DNA from: the human T2T-CHM13v2.0 reference genome, Homo sapiens
Reading direction: 5' to 3' (one strand)
Length of the DNA stretch: 64,000 bases
NCBI RefSeq assembly: GCF_009914755.1
Contig: NC_060932.1
Shown: one piece after another, positions 40,000-53,100 of the stretch
Layout of the letters: each line of letters begins with the position of its first letter
Position numbering within the stretch: position 1 is the stretch's first letter
The notes under the pieces: generated by a model
Told to the model about the DNA's origin: nothing
Databases searched by the model: none
What the model saw: only the letters and a program-made list of their open reading frames with translations
Made by a program: the position numbers and the translations under genes

Positions 40000-42900
40000 T
40001 TTCGTTGGAAACGGGATGCAATATAAAACGTACACAGCAGCATACTCAGAAAATACTTTGCCATATTTCCATTCAAGTCACAGAGTGGAACATTCCCATT
40101 CATAAAGCAGGTTGGAAACACTCCTTTTGTAGTATCTGGAAGTGGACATTTGGAGCGCTTTCTGAACTATGGTGAAAAAGGAAATATCTTCCAATGAAAA
40201 CAAGACAGAAGCATTCTGAGAAACTTATTTGTGATGTGTGTCCTCAACTAACGGACTTGAAACTTTCGTTTCATGCAGTACTTCTGGAACACTCTTTTTG
40301 AAGATTCTGCATGCGGATATTTGGATAGCTTTGAGGATTTCGTTGGAAACGGGCTTACATATAAAAATTAGACAGCAGCATTCTCAGAAACTACTTTGTG
40401 GTGTCTGCATTCAAGTCACAGAATTGAACATCCCCTCACATAGAGCAGTTGTGCAGCACTCTATTTGTAGTATCTCGAAGTGGACATTTGGAGGGCTTTG
40501 TAGCCTATCTGGAAAAAGGAAATATCTTCCCATGAATGCGAGATAGAAGTAATCTCAGAAACATGTTTATGCTGTATCTACTCAACTAACTGTGCTGAAC
40601 ATTTCTATTGATAGAGCAGTTTTGAGACACTCTCCTGTTGGAATCTGCAAGTGGATATTTGGATAGATTTGAGGATTTCCTTGGAAACGGGATTATATAT
40701 CAAAAGTAGACAGCAGCATTCTCAGAAACTTCTTTGTGAGTTTTGCATCCAGCTCTCAGAGTTGAACATTCCCTTTGGTGGAGTAGGTTTGAAACCCTCT
40801 TTTTATAGTGTCTGGAAGCGGGCATTTGGAGCGCTTTCAGGCCTATGCTGAAAAAGGAAATATCTACCTATAGAAACTAGACAGAAGCATTCTGAGAATC
40901 ACGTTTGTGATGTGGGTACTCAACTAACAGTGTTGATCCATTCTTTTGATACAGCAGTTTTGAACCACACTTTTTGTAGAATCTGCAAGTGGATATTTGG
41001 ATAGCTGTGAGGATTTCCTTGGATACGGGAATGTCTTCATAGAAAATTTAGACAGAAGCATTCTCAGAACCTTGATTGTGATGTGTGTTCTCCACTAACA
41101 GGTTTGAACCTTTCTTTTGACAGAACTGTTTTGAAACATTCTTTTTATAGAATCTGGAAGTGGATATTTGGAAAGCTTTGAGGATTTCGTTGGAAACGGG
41201 AATATCTTCAAATAAAATCTAGCCAGAAGCATTCTAAGAAACATCTTAGGGATGTTTACATTCAAGTCACAGAGTTGAACATTCCCTTTCACAGAGCAGG
41301 TTTGAAACAATCTTCTCGTACTATCTGGAAGTGGACATTTTGAGCTCCTTGGGGCCTATGCTGAGAAAGGAAATATCTTCCGACAAAAACTAGACAGAAG
41401 CATTCGCAGAATCACGTTTGTGATGTGTGCACTCAACTGTCAGAATTGAACCTTTGTTTGGACAGAGCACTTTTGAAACACTCTTTTTGTAGAATCTGCA
41501 GGTGGATATTTGGCTAGCTTTGAGGATTTCGTTGGAAACGGTAATATCTTCAAAGAAAATGTAGACAGAAACATTCTCAGAAACACCTTCGTGATGTTTG
41601 CAATCAAGTCACAGAGTTGAACCTTCCGTTTCATAGAGCAGGTTGCAAACACTCTTTTTGTAGTATCTAGAAGTGGACATTTGGAGCGCTTTCAGGCCTA
41701 TGGTGAAAAAGGAAATATCTTCCAATAAAAACGACATAGAAGCTATCTCAGGAACTTGTTTATGATGCATCCAATCAACTAACAGTGTTGAACATTTGTA
41801 CTGACAGAGCAGTGTGAAACACTCTTTTTTTTGGAATCTGCAAGTGGATATTAGGATCTCTTTGAGGATTTCGTTGGAAACGGGATGCAATATAAAACGT
41901 ACACAGCAGCATACTCAGAAAATACTTTGCCATATTTCCATTCAAGTCACAGAGTGGAACATTCCCATTCATAGAGCAGGTTGGAAACACTCCTTTTGTA
42001 GTATCTGGAAGTGGACATTTGGAGCGCTTTCTGAACTATGGTGAAAAAGGAAATATCTTCCAATGAAAACAAGACAGAAGCATTCTGAGAAACTTATTTG
42101 TGATGTGTGTCCTCAACTAACGGACTTGAACCTTTCGTTTCATGCAGTATTTCTGGAACACTCTTTTTGAAGATTCTGCATGCGGATATTTGGATAGCTT
42201 TGAGGATTTCTTTGGAAACGGGCTTACATATAAAAATTAGACAGCAGCATTCTCAGAAACTTCTTTGTGGTGTCTGCATTCAAGTCACAGAATTGAACAT
42301 CCCCTCACATAGAGCAGTTGTGCAGCACTCTATTTGTAGTATCTCGAAGTGGACATTTGGAGGGCTTTGTAGCCTATCTGGAAAAAGGAAATATCTTCCC
42401 ATGAATGCGAGATAGAAGTAATCTCAGAAACATGTTTATGCTGTATCTACTCAACTAACTGTGCTGAACATTTCTATTGATAGAGCAGTTTTGAGACACT
42501 CTCCTTTTGGAATCTGCAAGTGGATATTTGGATAGATTTGAGGATTTCCTTGGAAACGGGATTATATATCAAAAGTAGACAGCAGCATTCTCAGAAACTT
42601 CTTTGTGATGTTTGCATCCAGCTCTCAGAGTTGAACATTCCCTTTCGTAGAGTAGGTTTGAAACCCTCTTTTTATAGTGTCTGGAAGCGGGCATTTGGAG
42701 CGCTTTCAGGCCTATGCTGAAAAAGGAAATATCTACCTATAGAAACTAGACAGAAGCATTCTGAGAATCACGTTGGTGATGTGGGTACTCAACTAACAGT
42801 GTTGATCCATTCTTTTGATACAGCAGTTTTGAACCACACTTTTTGTAGAATCTGCAAGTGGATATTTGGATAGCTGTGAGGATTTCCTTGGAAACGGGAA

Positions 42901-45900
42901 TGTCTTCATAGAAAATTTAGACAGAAGCATTCTCAGAACCTTGATTGTGATGTGTGTTCTCCACTAACAGGGTTGAACCTTTCTTTTGACAGAACTGTTT
43001 TGAAACATTCTTTTTATAGAATCTGGAAGTGGATATTTGGAAAGCTTTGAGGATTTCGTTGGAAACGGGAATATCTTCAAATAAAATCTAGCCAGAAGCA
43101 TTCTAAGAAACATCTTAGGGATGTTTACATTCAAGTCACAGAGTTGAACATTCCCTTTCACAGAGCAGGTTTGAAACAATCTTCTCGTACTATCTGGAAG
43201 TGGACATTTTGAGCTCCTTGGGGCCTATGCTGAGAAAGGAAATATCTTCCGACAAAAACTAGACAGAAGCATTCGCAGAATCACGTTTGTGATGTGTGCA
43301 CTCAACTGTCAGAATTGAACCTTGGTTTGGACAGAGCACTTTTGAAACACTCTTTTTGTAGAATCTGCAGGTGGATATTTGGCTAGCTTTGAGGATTTCG
43401 TTGGAAACGATAATGTCTTCAAAGAAAATCTAGACAGAATCATTCTCAGAAACACTTTCGTGTTGTTTGCAATCAAGTCACAGAGTTGAACCTTCCGTTT
43501 CATAGAGCAGGTTGGAAACACTCTTTTTGTAGTATCTGGAAGTGGACATTTGGAGCGCTTTCAGGCCTACGGTGAAAAAGGAAATATCTTCCCATAAAAA
43601 CGACATAGAAGCTATCTCAGGAACTTGTTTATGATGCATCCAATCAACTAACAGTGTTGAACCTTTGTACTGACAGAGCAGTGTGAAACACTCTTTTTTT
43701 TGGAATCTGCAAGTGGATATTTGGATCGCTTTGAGGATTTCGTTGGAAACGGGATGCAATATAAAACGTACACAGCAGCATACTCAGAAAATACTTTGCC
43801 ATATTTCCATTCAAGTCACAGAGTGGAACATTCCCATTCATAAAGCAGGTTGGAAACACTCCTTTTGTAGTATCTGGAAGTGGACATTTGGAGCGCTTTC
43901 TGAACTATGGTGAAAAAGGAAATATCTTCCAATGAAAACAAGACAGAAGCATTCTGAGAAACTTATTTGTGATGTGTGTCCTCAACTAACGGACTTGAAA
44001 CTTTCGTTTCATGCAGTACTTCTGGAACACTCTTTTTGAAGATTCTGCATGCGGATATTTGGATAGCTTTGAGGATTTCGTTGGAAACGGGCTTACATAT
44101 AAAAATTAGACAGCAGCATTCTCAGAAACTTCTTTGTGGTGTCTGCATTCAAGTCACAGAATTGAACATCCCCTCACATAGAGCAGTTGTGCAGCACTCT
44201 ATTTGTAGTATCTCGAAGTGGACATTTGGAGGGCTTTGTAGCCTATCTGGAAAAAGGAAATATCTTCCCATGAATGCGAGATAGAAGTAATCTCAGAAAC
44301 ATGTTTATGCTGTATCTACTCAACTAACTGTGCTGAACATTTCTATTGATAGAGCAGTTTTGAGACACTCTTCTTTTGGAATCTGCAAGTGGATATTTGG
44401 ATAGATTTGAGGATTTCCTTGGAAACGGGATTATATATCAAAAGTAGACAGCAGCATTCTCAGAAACTTCTTTGTGAGTTTTGCATCCAGCTCTCAGAGT
44501 TGAACATTCCCTTTCGTGGAGTAGGTTTGAAACCCTCTTTTTATAGTGTCTGGAAGCGGGCATTTGGAGCGCTTTCAGGCCTATGCTGAAAAAGGAAATA
44601 TCTACCTATAGAAACTAGACAGAAGCATTCTGAGAATCACGTTTGTGATGTGGGTACTCAACTAACAGTGTTGATCCATTCTTTTGATACAGCAGTTTTG
44701 AACCACACTTTTTGTAGAATCTGCAAGTGGATATTTGGATAGCTGTGAGGATTTCCTTGGATACGGGAATGTCTTCATAGAAAATTTAGACAGAAGCATT
44801 CTCAGAACCTTGATTGTGATGTGTGTTCTCCACTAACAGGTTTGAACCTTTCTTTTGACAGAACTGTTTTGAAACATTCTTTTTATAGAATCTGGAAGTG
44901 GATATTTGGAAAGCTTTGAGGATTTCGTTGGAAACGGGAATATCTTCAAATAAAATCTAGCCAGAAGCATTCTAAGAAACATCTTAGGGATGTTTACATT
45001 CAAGTCACAGAGTTGAACATTCCCTTTCACAGAGCAGGTTTGAAACAATCTTCTCGTACTATCTGGAAGTGGACATTTTGAGCTCCTTGGGGCCTATGCT
45101 GAGAAAGGAAATATCTTCCGACAAAAACTAGACAGAAGCATTCGCAGAATCACGTTTGTGATGTGTGCACTCAACTGTCAGAATTGAACCTTGGTTTGGA
45201 CAGAGCACTTTTGAAACACTCTTTTTGTAGAATCTGCAGGTGGATATTTGGCTAGCTTTGAGGATTTCGTTGGAAACGGTAATGTCTTCAAAGAAAATCT
45301 AGACAGAAACATTCTCAGAAACACCTTCGTGATGTTTGCAATCAAGTCACAGAGTTGAACCTTCCGTTTCATAGAGCAGGTTGCAAACATTCTTTTTGTA
45401 GTATCTGGAAGTGGACATTTGGAGCGCTTTCAGGCCTATGGTGAAAAAGGAAATATCTTCCAATAAAAACGACATAGAAGCTATCTCAGGAACTTGTTTA
45501 TGATGCATCCAATCAACTAACAGTGTTGAACATTTGTACTGACAGAGCAGTGTGAAACACTCTTTTTTTTGGAATCTGCAAGTGGATATTAGGATCGCTT
45601 TGAGGATTTCGTTGGAAACGGGATGCAATATAAAACGTACACAGCAGCATACTCAGAAAATACTTTGCCATATTTCCATTCAAGTCACAGAGTGGAACAT
45701 TCCCATTCATAGAGCAGGTTGGAAACACTCCTTTTGTAGTATCTGGAAGTGGACATTTGGAGCGCTTTCTGAACTATGGTGAAAAAGGAAATATCTTCGA
45801 ATGAAAACAAGACAGAAGCATTCTGAGAAACTTATTTGTGATGTGTGTCCTCAACTAACGGACTTGAACCTTTCGTTTCATGCAGTATTTCTGGAACACT

Positions 45901-48900
45901 CTTTTTGAAGATTCTGCATGCGGATATTTGGATAGCTTTGAGGATTTCTTTGGAAACGGGCTTACATATAAAAATTAGACAGCAGCATTCTCAGAAACTT
46001 CTTTGTGGTGTCTGCATTCAAGTCACAGAATTGAACATCCCCTCACATAGAGCAGTTGTGCAGCACTCTATTTGTAGTATCTCGAAGTGGACATTTGGAG
46101 GGCTTTGTAGCCTATCTGGAAAAAGGAAATATCTTCCCATGAATGCGAGATAGAAGTAATCTCAGAAACATGTTTATGCTGTATCTACTCAACTAACTGT
46201 GGTGAACATTTCTATTGATAGAGCAGTTTTGAGACACTCTCCTTTTGGAATCTGCAAGTGGATATTTGGATAGATTTGAGGATTTCCTTGGAAACGGGAT
46301 TATATATCAAAAGTAGACAGCAGCATTCTCAGAAACTTCTTTGTGATGTTTGCATCCAGCTCTCAGAGTTGAACATTCCCTTTCGTAGAGTAGGTTTGAA
46401 ACCCTCTTTTTATAGTGTCTGGAAGCGGGCATTTGGAGCACTTTCAGGCCTATGCTGAAAAAGGAAATATCTACCTATAGAAACTAGACAGAAGCATTCT
46501 GAGAATCACGTTGGTGATGTGGGTACTCAACTAACAGTGTTGATCCATTCTTTTGATACAGCAGTTTTGAACCACACTTTTTGTAGAATCTGCAAGTGGA
46601 TATTTGGATAGCTGTGAGGATTTCCTTGGAAACGAGAATGTCTTCATAGAAAATTTAGACAGAAGCATTCTCAGAACCTTGATTGTGATGTGTGTTCTCC
46701 ACTAACAGGGTTGAACCTTTCTTTTGACAGAACTGTTTTGAAACATTCTTTTTATAGAATCTGGAAGTGGATATTTGGAAAGCTTTGAGGATTTCGTTGG
46801 AAACGGGAATATCTTCAAATAAAATCTAGCAAGAAGCATTCTAAGAAACATCTTAGGGATATTTACATTCAAGTCACAGAGTTGAACATTCCCTTTCACA
46901 GAGCAGGTTTGAAACAATCTTCTCGTACTATCTGGAAGTGGACATTTTGAGCTCCTTGGGGCCTATGCTGAGAAAGGAAATATCTTCCGACAAAAACTAG
47001 ACAGAAGCATTCGCAGAATCACGTTTGTGATGTGTGCACTCAACTGTCAGAATTGAACCTTGGTTTGGACAGAGCACTTTTGAAACACTCTTTTTGTAGA
47101 ATCTGCAGGTGGATATTTGGCTAGCTTTGAGGATTTCGTTGGAAACGGTAATATCTTCAAAGAAAATCTAGACAGAAACATTCTCAGAAACACCTTCGTG
47201 ATGTTTGCAATCAAGTCACAGAGTTGAACCTTCGGTTTCATAGAGCAGGTTGCAAACACTCTTTTTGTAGTATCTGGAAGTGGACATTTGGAGCGCTTTC
47301 AGGCCTATGGTGAAAAAGGAAATATCTTCCAATAAAAACGACATAGAAGCTATCTCAGGAACTTGTTTATGATGCATCCAATCAACTAACAGTGTTGAAC
47401 ATTTGTACTGACAGAGCAGTGTGAAACACTCTTTTTTTTGGAATCTGCAAGTGGATATTAGGAACGCTTTGAGGATTTCGTTGGAAACGGGATGCAATAT
47501 AAAACGTACACAGCAGCATACTCAGAAAATACTTTGCCATATTTCCATTCAAGTCACAGAGTGGAACATTCCCATTCATAGAGCAGGTTGGAAACACTCC
47601 TTTTGTAGTATCTGGAAGTGGACATTTGGAGCGCTTTCTGAACTATGGTGAAAAAGGAAATATCTTCGAATGAAAACAAGACAGAAGCATTCTGAGAAAC
47701 TTATTTGTGATGTGTGTCCTCAACTAACGGACTTGAACCTTTCGTTTCATGCAGTATTTCTGGAACACTCTTTTTGAAGATTCTGCATGCGGATATTTGG
47801 ATAGCTTTGAGGATTTCTTTGGAAACGGGCTTACATATAAAAATTAGACAGCAGCATTCTCAGAAACTTCTTTGTGGTGTCTGCATTCAAGTCACAGAAT
47901 TGAACATCCCCTCACATAGAGCAGTTGTGCAGCACTCTATTTGTAGTATCTCGAAGTGGACATTTGGAGGGCTTTGTAGCCTATCTGGAAAAAGGAAATA
48001 TCTTCCCATGAATGCGAGATAGAAGTAATCTCAGAAACATGTTTATGCTGTATCTACTCAACTAACTGTGCTGAACATTTCTATTGATAGAGCAGTTTTG
48101 AGACACTCTCCTTTTGGAATCTGCAAGTGGATATTTGGATAGATTTGAGGATTTCCTTGGAAACGGGATTATATATCAAAAGTAGACAGCAGCATTCTCA
48201 GAAACTTCTTTGTGATGTTTGCATCCAGCTCTCAGAGTTGAACATTCCCTTTCGTAGAGTAGGTTTGAAACCCTCTTTTTATAGTGTCTGGAAGCGGGCA
48301 TTTGGAGCGCTTTCAGGCCTATGCTGAAAAAGGAAATATCTACCTATAGAAACTAGACAGAAGCATTCTGAGAATCACGTTGGTGATGTGGGTACTCAAC
48401 TAACAGTGTTGATCCATTCTTTTGATACAGCAGTTTTGAACCACACTTTTTGTAGAATCTGCAAGTGGATATTTGGATAGCTGTGAGGATTTCCTTGGAA
48501 ACGGGAATGTCTTCATAGAAAATTTAGACAGAAGCATTCTCAGAACCTTGATTGTGATGTGTGTTCTCCACTAACAGGGTTGAACCTTTCTTTTGACAGA
48601 ACTGTTTTGAAACATTCTTTTTATAGAATCTGGAAGTGGATATTTGGAAAGCTTTGAGGATTTCGTTGGAAACGGGAATATCTTCAAATAAAATCTAGCA
48701 AGAAGCATTCTAAGAAACATCTTAGGGATGTTTACATTCAAGTCACAGAGTTGAACATTCCCTTTCACAGAGCAGGTTTGAAACAATCTTCTCGTACTAT
48801 CTGGAAGTGGACATTTTGAGCTCCTTGGGGCCTATGCTGAGAAAGGAAATATCTTCCGACAAAAACTAGACAGAAGCATTCGCAGAATCACGTTTGTGAT

Positions 48901-50000
48901 GTGTGCACTCAACTGTCAGAATTGAACCTTGGTTTGGACAGAGCACTTTTGAAACACTCTTTTTGTAGAATCTGCAGGTGGATATTTGGCTAGCTTTGAG
49001 GATTTCGTTGGAAACGATAATGTCTTCAAAGAAAATCTAGACAGAATCATTCTCAGAAACACTTTCGTGTTGTTTGCAATCAAGTCACAGAGTTGAACCT
49101 TCCGTTTCATAGAGCAGGTTGGAAACACTCTTTTTGTAGTATCTGGAAGTGGACATTTGGAGCGCTTTCAGGCCTACGGTGAAAAAGGAAATATCTTCCC
49201 ATAAAAACGACATAGAAGCTATCTCAGGAACTTGTTTATGATGCATCCAATCAACTAACAGTGTTGAACCTTTGTACTGACAGAGCAGTGTGAAACACTC
49301 TTTTTTTTGGAATCTGCAAGTGGATATTTGGATCGCTTTGAGGATTTCGTTGGAAACGGGATGCAATATAAAACGTACACAGCAGCATACTCAGAAAATA
49401 CTTTGCCATATTTCCATTCAAGTCACAGAGTGGAACATTCCCATTCATAAAGCAGGTTGGAAACACTCCTTTTGTAGTATCTGGAAGTGGACATTTGGAG
49501 CGCTTTCTGAACTATGGTGAAAAAGGAAATATCTTCCAATGAAAACAAGACAGAAGCATTCTGAGAAACTTATTTGTGATGTGTGTCCTCAACTAACGGA
49601 CTTGAAACTTTCGTTTCATGCAGTACTTCTGGAACACTCTTTTTGAAGATTCTGCATGCGGATATTTGGATAGCTTTGAGGATTTCGTTGGAAACGGGCT
49701 TACATATAAAAATTAGACAGCAGCATTCTCAGAAACTTCTTTGTGGTGTCTGCATTCAAGTCACAGAATTGAACATCCCCTCACATAGAGCAGTTGTGCA
49801 GCACTCTATTTGTAGTATCTCGAAGTGGACATTTGGAGGGCTTTGTAGCCTATCTGGAAAAAGGAAATATCTTCCCATGAATGCGAGATAGAAGTAATCT
49901 CAGAAACATGTTTATGCTGTATCTACTCAACTAACTGTGCTGAACATTTCTATTGATAGAGCAGTTTTGAGACACTCTCCTTTTGGAATCTGCAAGTGGA
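40000..50000 (+). repeat. Nested block duplications with 3738-, 1869- and 5607-bp periods
   Basis: CATAAAGC ~40101/43839/49446; GGATACGGG ~41021/44759; GGTTGCAAAC ~41641/45379/47248; AAACGATAATG and GGCCTACGG ~43405-43570 and ~49012-49177. Confidence 0.85.
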
Positions 50001-50199
50001 TATTTGGATAGATTTGAGGATTTCCTTGGAAACGGGATTATATATCAAAAGTAGACAGCAGCATTCTCAGAAACTTCTTTGTGATGTTTGCATCCAGCTC
50101 TCAGAGTTGAACATTCCCTTTCGTAGAGTAGGTTTGAAACCCTCTTTTTATAGTGTCTGGAAGCGGGCATTTGGAGCGCTTTCAGGCCTATGCTGAAAA

Positions 50200-53100
50200 A
50201 GGAAATATCTACCTATAGAAACTAGACAGAAGCATTCTGAGAATCACGTTGGTGATGTGGGTACTCAACTAACAGTGTTGATCCATTCTTTTGATACAGC
50301 AGTTTTGAACCACACTTTTTGTAGAATCTGCAAGTGGATATTTGGATAGCTGTGAGGATTTCCTTGGAAACGGGAATGTCTTCATAGAAAATTTAGACAG
50401 AAGCATTCTCAGAACCTTGATTGTGATGTGTGTTGTCCAATAACAGGGTTGAACCTTTCTTTTGACAGAACTGTTTTGAAACATTCTTTTTATAGAATCT
50501 GGAAGTGGATATTTGGAAAGCTTTGAGGATTTCGTTGGAAACGGGAATATCTTCAAATAAAATCTAGCCAGAAGCATTCTAAGAAACATCTTAGGGATGT
50601 TTACATTCAAGTCACAGAGTTGAACATTCCCTTTCACAGAGCAGGTTTGAAACAATCTTCTCGTACTATCTGGAAGTGGACATTTTGAGCTCCTTGGGGC
50701 CTATGCTGAGAAAGGAAATATCTTCCGACAAAAACTAGACAGAAGCATTCGCAGAATCACGTTTGTGATGTGTGCACTCAACTGTCAGAATTGAACCTTG
50801 GTTTGGACAGAGCACTTTTGAAACACTCTTTTTGTAGAATCTGCAGGTGGATATTTGGCTAGCTTTGAGGATTTCGTTGGAAACGGTAATGTCTTCAAAG
50901 AAAATCTAGACAGAAACATTCTCAGAAACACCTTCGTGATGTTTGCAATCAAGTCACAGAGTTGAACCTTCCGTTTCATAGAGCAGGTTGGAAACACTCT
51001 TTTTGTAGTATCTGGAAGTGGACATTTGGAGCGCTTTCAGGCCTATGGTGAAAAAGGAAATATCTTCCCATAAAAACGACATAGAAGCCATCTCAGGAAC
51101 TTGTTTATGATGCATCCAATCAACTAACAGTGTTGAACCTTTGTACTGACAGAGCAGTGTGAAACACTCTTTTTTTTTGGAATCTGCAAGTGGATATTTG
51201 GATCGCTTTGAGGATTTCATTGGAAACGGGATGCAATATAAAACGTACACAGCAGCATACTCAGAAAATACTTTGCCATATTTCCATTCAAGTCACAGAG
51301 TGGAACATTCCCATTCATAGAGCAGGTTGGAAGCACTCCTTTTGTAGTATCTCGAAGTGGACATTTGGAGCGCTTTCTGAACTATGGTGAAAAAGGAAAT
51401 ATCTTCCAATGAAAACAAGACAGAAGCATTCTGAGAAACTTATTTGTGATGTGTGTCCTCAACTAACGGACTTGAACCTTTCGTTTCATGCAGTACTTCT
51501 GGAACACTCTTTTTGAAGATTCTGCATGCGGATATTTGGATAGCTTTGAGGATTTCGTTGGAAACGGGCTTACATATAAAAATTAGACAGCAGCATTCTC
51601 AGAAACTTCTTTGTGGTGTCTGCATTCAAGTCACAGAATTGAACATCCCCTCACATAGAGCAGCTGTGCAGCACTCTATTTGTAGTATCTCGAAGTGGAC
51701 ATTTGGAGGGCTTTGTAGCCTATCTGGAAAAAGGAAATATCTTCCCATGAATGCGAGATAGAAGTAATCTCAGAAACATGTTTATGCTGTATCTACTCAA
51801 CTAACTGTGCTGAACATTTCTATTGATAGAGCAGTTTTGAGACACTCTTCTTTTGGAATCTGCAAGTGGATATTTGGATAGATTTGAGGATTTCCTTGGA
51901 AACGGGATTCTATATCAAAAGTAGACAGCAGCATTCTCAGAAACTTCTTTGTGATGTTTGCATCCAGCTCTCAGAGTTGAACATTCCCTTTCGTAGAGTA
52001 GGTTTGAAACCCTCTTTTTATAGTGTCTGGAAGCGGGCATTTGGAGCGCTTTCAGGCCTATGCTGAAAAAGGAAATATCTACCTATAGAAAGTAGACAGA
52101 AGCATTCTGAGAATCACGTTGGTGATGTGGGTACTCAACTAACAGTGTTGATCCATTCTTTTGATACAGCAGTTTTGAACCACACTTTTTGTAGAATCTG
52201 CAAGTGGATATTTGGATAGCTGTGAGGATTTCCTTGGAAACGGGAATGTCTTCATAGAAAATTTAGACAGAAGCATTCTCAGAACCTTGATTGTGATGTG
52301 TGTTCTCCACTAACAGGGTTGAACCTTTCTTTTGACAGAACTGTTTTGAAACATTCTTTTTATAGAATCTGGAAGTGGATATTTGGAAAGCTTTGAGGAT
52401 TTCATTGTAAACGGGAATATCTTCAAATCAAATCTAGCCAGAAGCATTCTAAGAAACATCTTAGGGATGTTTACATTCAAGTCACAGGGTTGAACATTCC
52501 CTTTCACAGAGCAGGTTTGAAACAATCTTCTCGTACTATCTGGAAGTGGACATTTTGAGCTCCTTGGGGCCTATGCTGAAAAAGGAAATATCTTCCGACA
52601 AAAACTAGACAGAAACATTCGCAGAATCACGTTTGTGATGTGTGCACTCAACTGTCAGAATTGAACCTTTGTTTGGACAGAGCACTTTTGAAACACTCTT
52701 TTTGTAGAATCTGCAGGTGGATATTTGACTAGCTTTGAGGATTTCGTTGGAAACGGTAATGTCTTCAAAGAAAATCTAGACAGAAACATTCTCAGAAACA
52801 CCTTCGTGATGTTTGCAATCAAGTCACAGAGTTGAACCTTCCGTTTCATAGAGCAGGTTGGAAACACTCTTTTTGTAGTATCTGGAAGTGGACATTTGGA
52901 GCGCTTTCAGGCCTATGGTGAAAAAGGAAATATCTTCCCATAAAAACGACATAGAAGCTATCTCAGGAACTTGTTTATGATGCATCCAATCAACTAACAG
53001 TGTTGAACCTTTGTACTGACAGAGCAGTGTGAAACACTCTTTTTTTTGGAATCTGCAAGTGGATATTTGGATCGCTTTGAGGATTTCGTTGGAAACGGGA

